From Kudoa neothunni (Eukaryota > Animalia > Cnidaria), in contig OZ199840.1 of the NCBI GenBank assembly GCA_964304625.1, forward strand, positions 4,492,458-4,556,457: a stretch of DNA of 64,000 nt. The letters run 5' to 3'. How positions within the stretch are numbered: the first letter of the stretch is position 1; each line of letters opens with the position of its first letter. Made by a program: the position numbers and the translations under genes. Of the stretch, positions 1 to 11,385 are shown piece by piece. Under the pieces are notes generated by a model that did not search any database, was not told where the DNA came from, and saw only the letters and a list, made by a program, of their open reading frames with translations.

Positions 1-905
1 CATTTGTAGTTGTCCGTGCAGAAATTGTTAACACTGAATTGAGCTTCTTCTTCACTAAGTGTAACATTAGTTTCAGGAAGTCTTGGCATATCTATCAACA
101 AATAAGCTAAACAATTAATTCTTATTATTTACCGGCTGGAACTGCTAGTATGTTAAATGTTGATTCCTTCAGTAATTCTGAAATAATGCATCAACCTTCC
201 ACTATTAACTTTTATCACAACCTTCTCGTTACATTTAGGTTCGCATATGACTTCTTCCTCGCCAGTAGCTATTTTGCATAAAGTTTCATTGAATTTTGCT
301 CTAACTCCATCTCTAACCAAATGTTCTATTTTGCATTTATCGCTTTCTTCTCCCGTCAGGTGAATTGTGATTTCGTCCATGTACTTTGAGATTTCTTGAT
401 CAACTATAGGTATATCTTTTGGATCTATTGTGGTTTCAATAGGGGCGGCAGTGGTAGTAGATTCTGTACTCTCGGTTGATGGGTTGGAATCAGTAGAAGG
501 GTCACTAATACTCTCCGTCTCAGTACCATTTCCACTCTCAGCATCACCATCATCATCATCAACAGCACCACCATCAATATCGGTTTCAGTGCTAGCAGCA
601 GCATCAGGGTCGACACCTTCAGCAACAACACCAGCACCGGGACTTATAACACCATTGTTACCATCGTCAACGGATTTCATCAGTATCAAGGGAATATTTG
701 ACTGTAAAATGTTGCTTTGATGAACAATAGTTTCTTTTTCTTTCTCTTCTGGTATTGGTACCACAATTACAGGTCGTTCGATTTGTTTGATAAAATACTT
801 ATGACAACATACTAAATATGAATAAAAGAATTAAAGGAAGATAAAAAGTAATAATTTACTTGTTGTGAGAATAGTTGAAAATAGAAACCAAAATGGCAAC
901 CTCAT
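1..905 (-). CDS. Surface-protein family copy 1, 5' part (runs off the window start): signal peptide, acidic/Ser-Thr region, Cys-rich module 1
   Basis: ATG at 905. GT-AG introns at 812-859 and 92-132. The spliced N-terminus MRLPFWFLFSTILTTICCHKYFIKQIERP is homologous to copies 2 and 3. One extra A in the run at 155-157 breaks the frame relative to copy 3. Confidence 0.85.
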
Positions 906-1422
906 ATTATACTAATTCTTCGTTATTATCTATTATTGGAATTAATCAGCACCAAATACATTGAGAAAAAATTCAATTAGGTTTAATACAGTGAATATAC
1001 CCGGCCTTATCATTAAACATCAAATAAAATATTTAGCCACTAAAAATAGGAACATATCTTGTAAAAATTATTTCAGTAAAATTAGATATGAAATTCTAAA
1101 TTTAATGAATGTATGCTTAGATTATAAACAAATGAATCTATTCAAAATATTAAAGACAAACTATTGTATTCATTAGTTGAATAAATAAGTTAAGCATTGT
1201 ATATGAATGAGGCACTTTAGTTTAATCAAATCGAAGGGGATTTGGAACTATTAGCACAATAACGTCCATTCTTCACTATTTCTTCAAAAAATGACTTCTA
1301 CTCACATAAATTTATTTCCCACCAACACTAAAAAATTTTATCGTTATTTTACCCTCTGATCGGTCCCAAGATTGCTTCATACCTGTTTCATGATTAGAAA
1401 AAGATCCCAAGGTATAAACACA

Positions 1423-3127
1423 CTAGCCGTAATACCTGGCTACGCTCGGGGTGTTTGGAATATCTAATTCAGGAAAAAAAATTGAAATTAAAATGTTTTA
1501 ACTTACATTTTTTAATATAATAAACGTTTCATTATGTTAATAGCATAAACATCTGCCGAAAATTTACTGCGCGAAATAAACAGTTATAAACGAGACATAA
1601 CACAATTTTACTTAATAATGTAAGTAGTTATTATATTTAAGAAGAAACAGAAAAAACCTAATATAGATAAATTTAAAAAATTAACACTAACAAATGAACC
1701 TTATTTCGTTTAAATCTCATCATCACTATTTGATGCATCCGTGGTTTTATGAAACGAAGAAAAGCAAATAGAAATCGACGTATACGTGAAGCATTGCAAC
1801 GGACTGCAACTATACAGTCAACGCATAAAGGGATATAGAATCCGAAACTGAATTCTAACTTGAATTCTTTTATAGGTCTGTTCAGTTGAATCATACCTAT
1901 AACAGTGTGATAGATTAAATTTTTAACATGAAATCTTATAAACGCTTACCAAAGAAATTTCGTCACACGCAAAATCTTGAAAAATGCAGACAAAAAACTT
2001 CAAAATTCTTTCGCAAGCATATTCAAAGATATAACAACACAATACAAAGCCATTTTTAAAACTAACGCATTCGTTTAATCAGGATTTGTGATTACTTTAA
2101 GATATGGGTTCAAATTGGCCATGGAATTGGATTGTGGTAGCTTTAAAACGATGGCGAACCGACATTTTACAAAACTTATTTCTTGGAAGATTTTCATATG
2201 CAAGCTTAGAATTTATCAGTAACACGTTTTCAGAACAGGTACGTACTTTTCTAACACCCAAGATATGTTTAACAGGCAAAATAGCTATACCTACCATTTT
2301 AAGCTTGTTTGGAAATCCACCCAACTTCTGATCTTAATACAATGATAGTAAATGACGGCATCCTTAAGAAGAAAATAGAGGTTGATATAACACTCCAAGT
2401 CACGATGAATGGTCCCCATAAAGTTAGATCAGCAGTATGAAGAATTAGACATTTTTGTGAAATAAACACAACACACTTCAAACAGTAAACTAAGCGCATA
2501 AATCGTATAACCTATTGCAACATACAAAAATAAATGTCGGGGATGGAGATTGTTGTTAGTTTCGCACCCAAAAATCGGCAAACAAAGTGTTTCATGTAAA
2601 GTTTCTACTCTTATCGCTTAATGATAATACAATGTTTGAACATGCTGCAAAGAATTGGAATAATGTTCCACATAACATTGTAGATATATTCCCAAAAATA
2701 AATCTGAGAAATTGTTTCATATAAATAAATTTGAATGAAATTTATATAAACACTGAATTTACGTAGGCGAGTAAGATCCATTAAGATAAGAAAATGATAG
2801 CATAGCCAGTCACTTTAATACCTCCCTACAAACTACATTTTTGGTCAGACCGTTTGAAGAAAAACCGTATAAGTTGTGTCTGGAACCCACCCTGAAGAGG
2901 GCTACATACGATTACCAATGAGAAAAACACGATTCCTCCAATTTTAAACCGGCAACCTTGAAGGTTTTCCCCTGTGCCTTATTTATGTACATTGCGAAGC
3001 ATATTTTGATGGGAAATTGCTGCCTTCTAAAATTAAAGGTGGTTTCTGAAGGAATAATCGGAATATTTACATCTTCCCCTCTGGCACAACCTGTTACGAT
3101 ATTGGCCTCAATAAGATTAGACATTAA
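1423..3127 (-). mobile_element. Helitron 3' portion with a decayed PIF1-helicase C-terminus
   Basis: The minus strand ends CCCGAGCGTAGCCAGG..CTAG|T at 1423, a Helitron-type subterminal GC stem plus CTAG. 2810-3124 translates to RQQFPIKICFAMYINKAQGKT..CFSH..YVALFRV..TKNVVCREVLK (RepHel helicase motifs V-VI, with a stop). Confidence 0.85.
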
Positions 3128-5365
3128 CCCTTACAGGACAACCCTCTGGCGGTCACGTAAAGGATAACCAGGGGCTCCACGAGCACATATACACTAACCG
3201 GATTAATTATAGTATTAATGTGTTAATTAATGCATTACTTCGTGGTCTCTCTTAAAGCTAGCTGCGTTGTATAATAAAGCATTGATACGAAAAACAATAA
3301 GAATGAGAATAAATATTCTATTGATTCTTTGAAATACAATTCAAACAAGTAATATTCCTCGCGGAATGCTCGCTACATACACTTTTTTTGCAAAGGGAAC
3401 AAACTTGCTTCTTCTTACGAATTATGTGGCTTGGACAAGAGTGACATCGCTTTTGTCTGTTATCTTTGCGGATTTGGATTAGATTTGGTTCATTATTGGA
3501 AAATTGATATCCAATAATTTCCATCGAGCATTTCAAAGCGGGTTGGGTAGAAATTAATGGATTTTCGAATCTTCTTTCTTGTTCATCTTTTATTAACGAA
3601 TAAGATAAATCCAATAGGAATCTTTGTATTATACCAGTTTTATCAGTCCTCATGTAGGTAGGATTTCTATTTTTGAAAATTACATATGCGTTGAATGCAG
3701 CCACATCTATTAATTGGCAAAACACCGCGAATGTCCAACGTCGACACTTTCTCTTGCAAGAATATGTTGAAACGCATTGATCTAATGTGTCAATGTCGCA
3801 TTTTTTTTACTGTAATCTAACATTACCCGAGGTTTAGCATGGTATTCTTTACTTACATTTTGAGTGCGGGTGTTCTGATGAAAGAATAACTACTGCCTTT
3901 TTTTACGCGGAACATACGAAATAAGAAGGAATACTTTATAAAAACCAAACAGCGATGAAAATATCTTTCTTGATCTATGAGCCAAAAATTCTGGGGATAT
4001 AAAAGTTCTGCATTTACGCACAGTTCCAAGAATTGATGTTTTCCTTTCATACAAATATTCAGCCAGTTTCCACGAAGTAAAATAATTGTCGAAGGTGATA
4101 CTACGACCAGCATCCAAAAGATGATGTGTTAAATTTACCACAACATTAAAGGTAGATTGGATTCATGGTAACTGTCAATTTTACCCAAATATGGAATTAT
4201 GTTTGAACATAAAATGTGTCGCCGTCGCAAACAATCCAGAATTTTAAACCGTATTTCGATGTTTTTTTGGGCATGTACACTAAAAATGAAACTCGCCCTC
4301 GAAAAGGATTCAGCTGTTCATCAACAGTTAAATTAGGACCTGGGATATAGCTAGTTCTACAGATGTCAGTAAATTCATCGAATATTTTTTTTATCGGTGG
4401 AAATTTATCTTGCGAGCTTGGATTATTGTTTCTGGTCCAGTACTCATCAATACATAATACACGTAGGATTTTTTGATTCTATCCCGACTCATCGTTGCGC
4501 GAAATAAGGGCCTCCCATGAATTTCATCCCACAAAATTTTCGTACTTTCCAAATTGGATTTGTAGGCACCAGCTAACAACAATAATCCTAAAAAAGCTTT
4601 TAGTTCAATCAGATCGAGATGTTTCCATTTATCTCCCATCTCATCGATGCCTTTGTGATTGGTGTACAACATGATTTCTTCCATCATTTGTTTAGTTATG
4701 AAATGATTGAAGCAATAACGTGGCGTCGTCGAATCGAAAGAATCAATTGGCTTCCTTTGTACAATACTGCTGTCTATTATATTATGACAGGAAGTTCGTT
4801 CAGCAGTGGGCTGGGAAGTCCAAATAATAGATGTCTCTTTCGACAAATAATTATTAATGGAATCTCGAGTGTTACAGTCATGTGAAACAATTTGTGAAGA
4901 AGAATCTTGATTGAGTATATTTAATTGTCCCTTAGACGAATCTATGAATAATGAAATGAAGATTTTATATTTTTTCGATAAACCAACCGTCAAATTCATG
5001 TAGTAAACTTTCGTTTAATTCGTTATCATCCTCCAAGAAATTTTTTAGCTCGTTTGAAGATATACTTTCAGTGTCAGATGATATATCAGTAAATAAATGG
5101 GAATCTTCCATTATAACTGTTTGGTGCAAAGTTGGGATCAAATTTTGTTATGTATAAACATAACATGGGCTTAATATATATCTCAAAAGATGAAAAAAGG
5201 TCTTAAAACGATGAAAAAATTTTTCCATGAATAACATCAATTGATAGATAATTAATTTTTATGAATTTAAGTGAAATTTGAACCGAAAAAAAATTGGTCT
5301 AACCTAAGTAATTGACGATGTATCACGTGGGAGGGCTCGTGGAGTCCAGGGTTGTCCTTTAAGGG
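3128..5365 (-). mobile_element. piggyBac DNA transposon, full length, frameshifted transposase
   Basis: TTAA at 3124-3127 and 5366-5369. TIRs are CCCTTACAGGACAACCCT / CCCTTAAAGGACAACCCT. Transposase remnants at ~3318-5111 include ELKAFLGLLL, RATMSRDR, ITFDNYFTS, GTVR and a C-terminal Cys-rich domain. Confidence 0.95.
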
Positions 5366-5706
5366 TTAATAACCCTGAATAACATAAATACCTAGAAATC
5401 CGGAAGTGCGTCACAAACCCATAATGCAAAAATTCTCCCTATCTAATTTTGACGTTATTTAATTCATCCGTGTCATTTAGATTTTACCCCCGGTTGAGAA
5501 CCCCTGCTGTAGTAGCATTTGAAAGAAATCCCATAAAATTTAATTATTCTGATTTCTTATCACATTTTAAAAATAATTTAAAGGAGAAAAATCATTCATC
5601 AAAATAATGAAAAATTTTTAATCTAAGAAAAAGGAATAATTTTTTTAACGCTAACAAATAATTTCAATTTCTAATAAATAGTTAAATAAAGTGATGATCC
5701 AAAATT

Positions 5707-6740
5707 CGTGTTCTGTTCAAAAAGTATCGAGATTTTTTAAATATACGAAAAAATATCTACAATTATAACCATTTAATTTACACCCTTCAAAATATTCACC
5801 TTCTCAATCAACATATTTTTTCCAACGATTTTCCCGTTTTTGGGAACTTAGAGAAAAGTCTGTTTTTTAAGAGAAAATAATCCATTCGTCGCATTTCGTT
5901 TAATTTCCGTAGTCGAAGAAAATCTTTTCCCTTTTAAGTGAAACTTTATCTTTGGGAACAAAAAAAGTCATAGGATGTAAAATCTGGAGAATATAGTTGA
6001 TGTTGGAGTTGTTCAATATTAAATTTGGATAGAAATCGTTAAATTTTAGTGGACGAATGAGCAGGCGTATTATCGTGATGCAGAATCTAACTATCGTTGC
6101 TCCACATTTCAGGTCTCTTTAGGCGAATGACATCTGTAAGGCGGCGTAGAACATTTGGATATTATTCACCAGTTACTGTTTGGCCATCAGGTGTATATTC
6201 ATAATGAACAATTCCCATGATGTCGAAAAATACAGTGAGCAAAACTTTTATTTTACTTTTAACTTGCCGCGTTTTTTTCGGTCGTGGGGTGATTGCGACT
6301 TGGTTTCTGGGTCATAGCCGTAAACCCACGTCTAATCACCGATGATGATAGAGGATATTAGTTTATCATATTCTGATAGTCTTTGGAGGTAATTCCTTGA
6401 AATTTCAATACGTTTTTCTTTCTGTTCTTTCGTAAGCAAACGTAGAACAAACTTTGCCGCATTTCGTCACATTCCAAGATCATCCTTTAAAATTGCGTGA
6501 CATAACCCAAATAGAATTCCTGTTTCTTCACTAATTTCCTTTATGGTTAGTCATCTATTTGAATTAATTAAATTTTTTACAATTTCAATTAATTCAGTAT
6601 TATTGCTCGATAAGGGTATTCCATTGCGATCATTGCTTTCAACCGATATTCTTCCCTGTTTAAATCTTCTATACCACTCATAAACTCTAGATCGACTCAT
6701 AGACTCATTTAGCCCTCGAAAGTCGGAACTCAAAATACTT
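5707..6740 (-). mobile_element. mariner transposon remnant, 5'-truncated
   Basis: Mariner-like end CGTGTTCTGTTCAAAAAGTATCG at 5707. Minus-strand motifs are SRSRVYEWYRRFKQGR (HTH), IGD*TWVYGYDPETK, HHDNTPAH, YSPDFTSYDFF and EGEYFEG. Confidence 0.9.
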
Positions 6741-7329
6741 ACGCTTGTGCCGGTGGGGTCGATAGGAGACCCCAGTGGGTTCCTATTATAATGATTGAGT
6801 ATGGTTCTAACTTTTAGTATATAGATTAATTGATTATTTGACCATTAAAATATATGTTTAAAATATCCAAGCGACAAGAGAATTTGTTAAAAATATCATA
6901 ACCATGTCGACAGACATTACCAATTAAACTTATCCAAACAAAACTTCAAATAGTGGATGTAACAGATATAATTTTTTCGGATTCGTTTTTTACTTAATCT
7001 AACAAAATAGAAACTTCTACGCCACTTTCAATACCAAAATTAGGCTGCTCGGCCACAGCACTAACAGGAGGTAACTCCGGTGAAGTTCGGTAATCCAATA
7101 TTGATTTACATTGAGATACGTGTACAACCAGATGGCGATATCTCGCCATCTGCACACATGCGCATGAGTTTTACATAGAAAAGTACGAATATATAGTGTT
7201 TATAATTTTAAAGTCTATTCTATTCTAAGTTCCAGGGCTAAAATGCTGAACAGGTCGGTGAATTAGACGGGATTATAAATTAATCCGGTCATAATCTCAC
7301 CAATGCAACGAAGAACAAATATTGAAAAA

Positions 7330-8163
7330 CTAACTAAAGGTATATATTTCGCTGATTGTTTTTAGAGTTTGTGATAGTAGCTTCCCTCTAAATTTAAAAT
7401 GGAACATAAATTCCACAATATAAGATGCTAGCATTCCCTCTTTTTTGTTTGTAACCTTTCGATGAGCATACATATTATTGTTAGAAACATTATTATATCT
7501 CAACCATCTGTGACAATATTCGAACCTGGCATTACATTGCGAGATATAATATCATCCAATATTATTGCGGTTCGGAATTTCGTTTGCTCCATAAATACGT
7601 TTCCGTTACTGTCGATGTCACCTACTATCCATGTTTGTTGATTTCTCAACAAACGCCCAACATTTGCTTTCCTTTCACATACCAGACTTTCGTCTATTTG
7701 GACATTGACGCCTGGACCACCTATCATCATTGAATTTTTCAAAAAATAATTAACATAAATGTCTCGAATAACACTTTTCCAATCGCACGCAGTGTGATTG
7801 GAATCTAATCGTGCTTCTCGACAGAGCGCTTCTTGGGAATCGTTTTTATAGACAACAATAAATTATTATGAATATTCGGTCTAAATCCAGTTTGGCTTTC
7901 TCAAAAAAAGTCCCAGAGCGTAGCGATGATTCCTTTCTGCATTTTTTGCAATAGAAACAATAATTATCCCTGTATTTTTTTCTTCGTATAAAGTTCATTG
8001 GACTCCCACAGGAATGCACTTTTGAAGACGGCAGTAATTTGAGACGTTGCATCATCTTTACGAACCCTAGTTTGTTCTGATGAAAGTGTGGAATATCTCT
8101 CTCATTTATTTCATCTATGATATCAATATCAAAACGTTCCAAATCAAACTCATTGACGTTCAT
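7330..8163 (-). mobile_element. Merlin (ISXO2/IS1595-like) transposase A, decayed
   Basis: Zn-ribbon region ..CKKCRKESSLRSGTFFE, then IGGPGVNVQIDES..RKANVGR, IVTDG and YIVEFMF. Contains in-frame stops and an internal deletion. Confidence 0.9.
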
Positions 8164-8269
8164 TCTGAAGGTTGGCAGAAATCCCGCAACTTAAGGATTA
8201 TTATTATTATTATTAATGCGGAAAATCTCATAAGGCGATTAAGGGCTAATCTACCGACCTGTTCTGCAC

Positions 8270-9050
8270 TTTAACCATCGCTTCTATTTTGTTTGTACGG
8301 GCATGGACACCTTCATTTGAGACGAACCGGCGGTTGTGAATAACAGTTCCACGGGTGAAGCCTAAATATTTCAAACGGTTGTATCCACGCCAGCCATCAG
8401 TTCAGATTATCGTCCCTTCTTCCACATTATCCAGAATAATCTTCTCAAGAACTTCCCTGTTTCTATATTGGGATATTTTAAAGAAGAAATTCCTATCTTC
8501 GTCAATCCCACCGATTATCCAATATTGTTGGTTTTTTAATATGCGCCCAACATTATATTTTCTTTTTGTAATGGCAGTCTCATCAATTTGCACAATTCTA
8601 CCGGGCCCTCCTATTTTTTAAAAATCTTCGTCTAATTTCAAGGCCATCAAATCCCAAATAATTGCTCTCCACTCATAAATAGTAGATGATGACGAAATCG
8701 AAAGATTTCTTTTGATAGATTCGTAGGTTAAATTTGGTTCTTTTATTGTACAAACCACAAATAGAAACAATTTCCATAAAGGAAGTTTTGAAGATTCAAA
8801 TATTGTTCCAATTCTAATTGACGTCCTTTTTTTTACATATTATACATTTATTTTGGAATCCATCACTAGTATCTTTCCTCGAAATTATTGCCAAACTTCC
8901 ACCACAACGACATTTAGCATGTGAATCTATCAACCCAAGAGATTGAACGTTCTTTAAGGAATATGATAGATCATCTCGAAAATAACTATAGCCCATAAAT
9001 GTAATTTGATCAATATCCTCAAAAGTGAATATTTTCTTGAAATTATTCAT
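8270..9050 (-). mobile_element. Merlin (ISXO2-like) transposase B, decayed, distinct from A
   Basis: CRCGG..CIICKK, GTIFESSKLPL, IGGPGRIVQIDETAITKRKYNVGR, TDGWRGY, V.H..RFV...GVH. Confidence 0.9.
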
Positions 9051-9079
9051 TGTGCTAAATGACGAAGTGTGCCGAAAAA

Positions 9080-10459
9080 TCACGAGAGCGTACACAGATA
9101 TTGGACTTTAGCCCAAATCGTAATAAGACGGATAATTATCACATATAGTTTTGATTGAATCCATTTTTCTTGTTGTTTCATAGGTTGGTTATTATTATTT
9201 GAATTTGTTAACTGAAGCCCGATATCTTGCTCAATTGAACTTTGCGCTTGCTTTAATTTGGCTATCAAACAATCAAGCCCAGCGTGTGATTGATCAAAGC
9301 GGTCGAAGAAATGTCGATTGAAGCTTTCACAACTATTTGCTGTCAATGGAATATTTTTCATCACTCGTTCAAGCGAGTTCCAAAAAGTAGGAGGAAATTT
9401 TGAATTTTCTATATATATATGTTTCGGCGAAATATTTAAAAAATATTCCAATTTTTTCATTATTGAAATTGTTTGAATATTTTTTCAATTTTTCAAATTC
9501 TTTTTGGACGAAATTAGGGGGTAGGAATGATAACGATGTGACCATTTTGAATAAGCATCGAAACCTAATGTTTCTTTGTGCATCTTGTAATAAATCCATT
9601 TCTTGAATTTTCCTACAAACTGCTTGCCGAAATGGAAGGTACAAAACTGGATATTAATTGTTTTTTATTATTTTTTAAAAGCATTATGCACTGCTTTTTC
9701 AAAATCAATTATTAAATAATTAGATAATTTAAAATGTAGAGTTTCTTTCATTATGTTGATCATAAGGTTATAACCCTCTTCAGTTTTTCCAGGCATTAAA
9801 ATGAATACTAATGGAAATACCCTGTTAAAAATTGCACCATGGATAACATAAAGTTGATAGAACCCTTTGGGTACAACCTTAAACGTTCCATCGGAGAGCC
9901 AAATATTTGAATTGTTTAAGTGGCTTATATCTTCCTCTGTAGAAAATATTATCATTCGTTTTGTGCAAAGGGGTCCATTATCGTAATAACAGAATTTTTT
10001 TCCCTCTTAATGTAAATATTCCATTGTTTAACAAGTTGGTCTCATTTTACAACCGAGGTGCTCATCCTTTTTCTCGTGTTTCGATCAGTTTATAGACCGT
10101 TTTTTTGCTAAATATTGGGAGTTCCTCTAGTGGTTTTCGGTTGGTGCATTGACTGTAAACATTGTTCGCAGAATATATCGTTTCTTCAGCAATAGTCCTT
10201 ATTTCACTATTTAATAACACTTTTTTATGTGATTTTCATCAACAGTGTGATTATGCTCGTTAACGGTCACGATTCTACTAATATCCGGCAACAACGAAGT
10301 TTGCAACTTACCGCGACATTTTCTTTGCTGACACCTCCAAAATTGTGTATCATCATTTGATGTTGTCGTGACGTAAAAATGTTGCTTATAAAGTATTTTG
10401 TAGTTATTTCGTATAGCTTTCAAAAGTATAAACTCCGTCATTAAATCTTTGGTTACCAA
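9080..10459 (-). mobile_element. MULE (Mutator-like) transposase with FLYWCH domain, frameshifted
   Basis: FYV..FWRC..KC..HNH (FLYWCH), DGTFKVVPKGFYQLYVIHG, PLVFILM, IIDFEKA, RQAVCRKIQ, FPPTFWN, TANSCESFN. Confidence 0.9.
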
Positions 10460-11230
10460 TTGCGTATGTGACGTTTCGTGGAGTTACAACCAAAAATAAT
10501 ACTTAAAAAGTAAAATAATTATTTGATAAAAATGCAATTAAACCTAATGAAAACCCCCAAATTACAAAAATGCTTAAAAACAAGTCAAATAACACATGTA
10601 TCGCGCACGCGCGCCGCTGGCGAAAACTAGCCATGCCGTTTACAACACATCTTGAGAAATGAAGAATAATGTTGAATTTGTATAAGTAAAGATGAATTTA
10701 TTTGAATTATGAGTGAAAATATTTTAATCAGAATATAAATATAATTCAAAGAGTATTTCTTCCAACTTGGGTTTAATCGTTTCAATAGTTATAAGGAAAT
10801 GCCCAACTTAATTTCACTAAAAATTAAAAAAATAAAACGATTAATTTTTAGTCAAATATGACCACCTTTTAATTTACCACAGTTTAAATTTAATTCATGG
10901 AAAAACTAAATATTATGAAATATTTTAAAAGCACATCAGGCAATCTGTTCGGTTTTCAACGCACAATAATCTGGACGACAATAATAGTGTGATTAATCTC
11001 TTTTAATCCCATTCCATCATTGGAATCTTATAACAGATAACAAGAATGGTTACAAATTACAATATTCCTCAGTTTGGTCGTGACAATACATATTGGAATG
11101 ATCACTTTTCTGATCATATAAATTAAATACACTTGATACAGCCGTATAAAATAGTTGTAAATAACATATACAGTCAACAACGGTTATTGCGCATTTTTTT
11201 CGGGGAATAACAAAAAGGTACGCAATACAC

Positions 11231-11385
11231 CAGGGGTTCCCAACTAAGGGTGCGAGATCCGATCAAAATTGACCATAATTTTTGATGAATTTTAAGTCAG
11301 TTACACCTTATTGTATGCAAAGGGGTGCAAATTCCGATTTGTCCAAAAATGGGGGTGTGAGTCCAGTTTTAGCTGGGAAGTGCTG
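11231..11385. mobile_element. hAT-type MITE (same family as 60511-60668)
   Basis: TIRs CAGGGGTTCCCAAC / GCTGGGAAGTGCTG. 8-bp TSD CAATACAC / CAACACAC. Confidence 0.8.

Noticed and set aside
425-720. Overlapping or antisense ORFs on the surface-protein genes (425-637, 430-720, 15596-15778, 27114-27305 etc.)
   Set aside because: These are shadow frames of low-complexity GAT/GCT/GGT-rich coding sequence.
2097-2499. Captured host gene fragment inside the Helitron (one frame reads IHRDL)
   Set aside because: No other kinase motifs and no recognisable homology; cannot be supported without a database search.
7330-9050. Bacterial IS1595/ISXO2 contamination or recent horizontal transfer
   Set aside because: The GGPG..VQIDE pattern with an N-terminal Zn ribbon, host-like AT content and decay fit eukaryotic Merlin elements.
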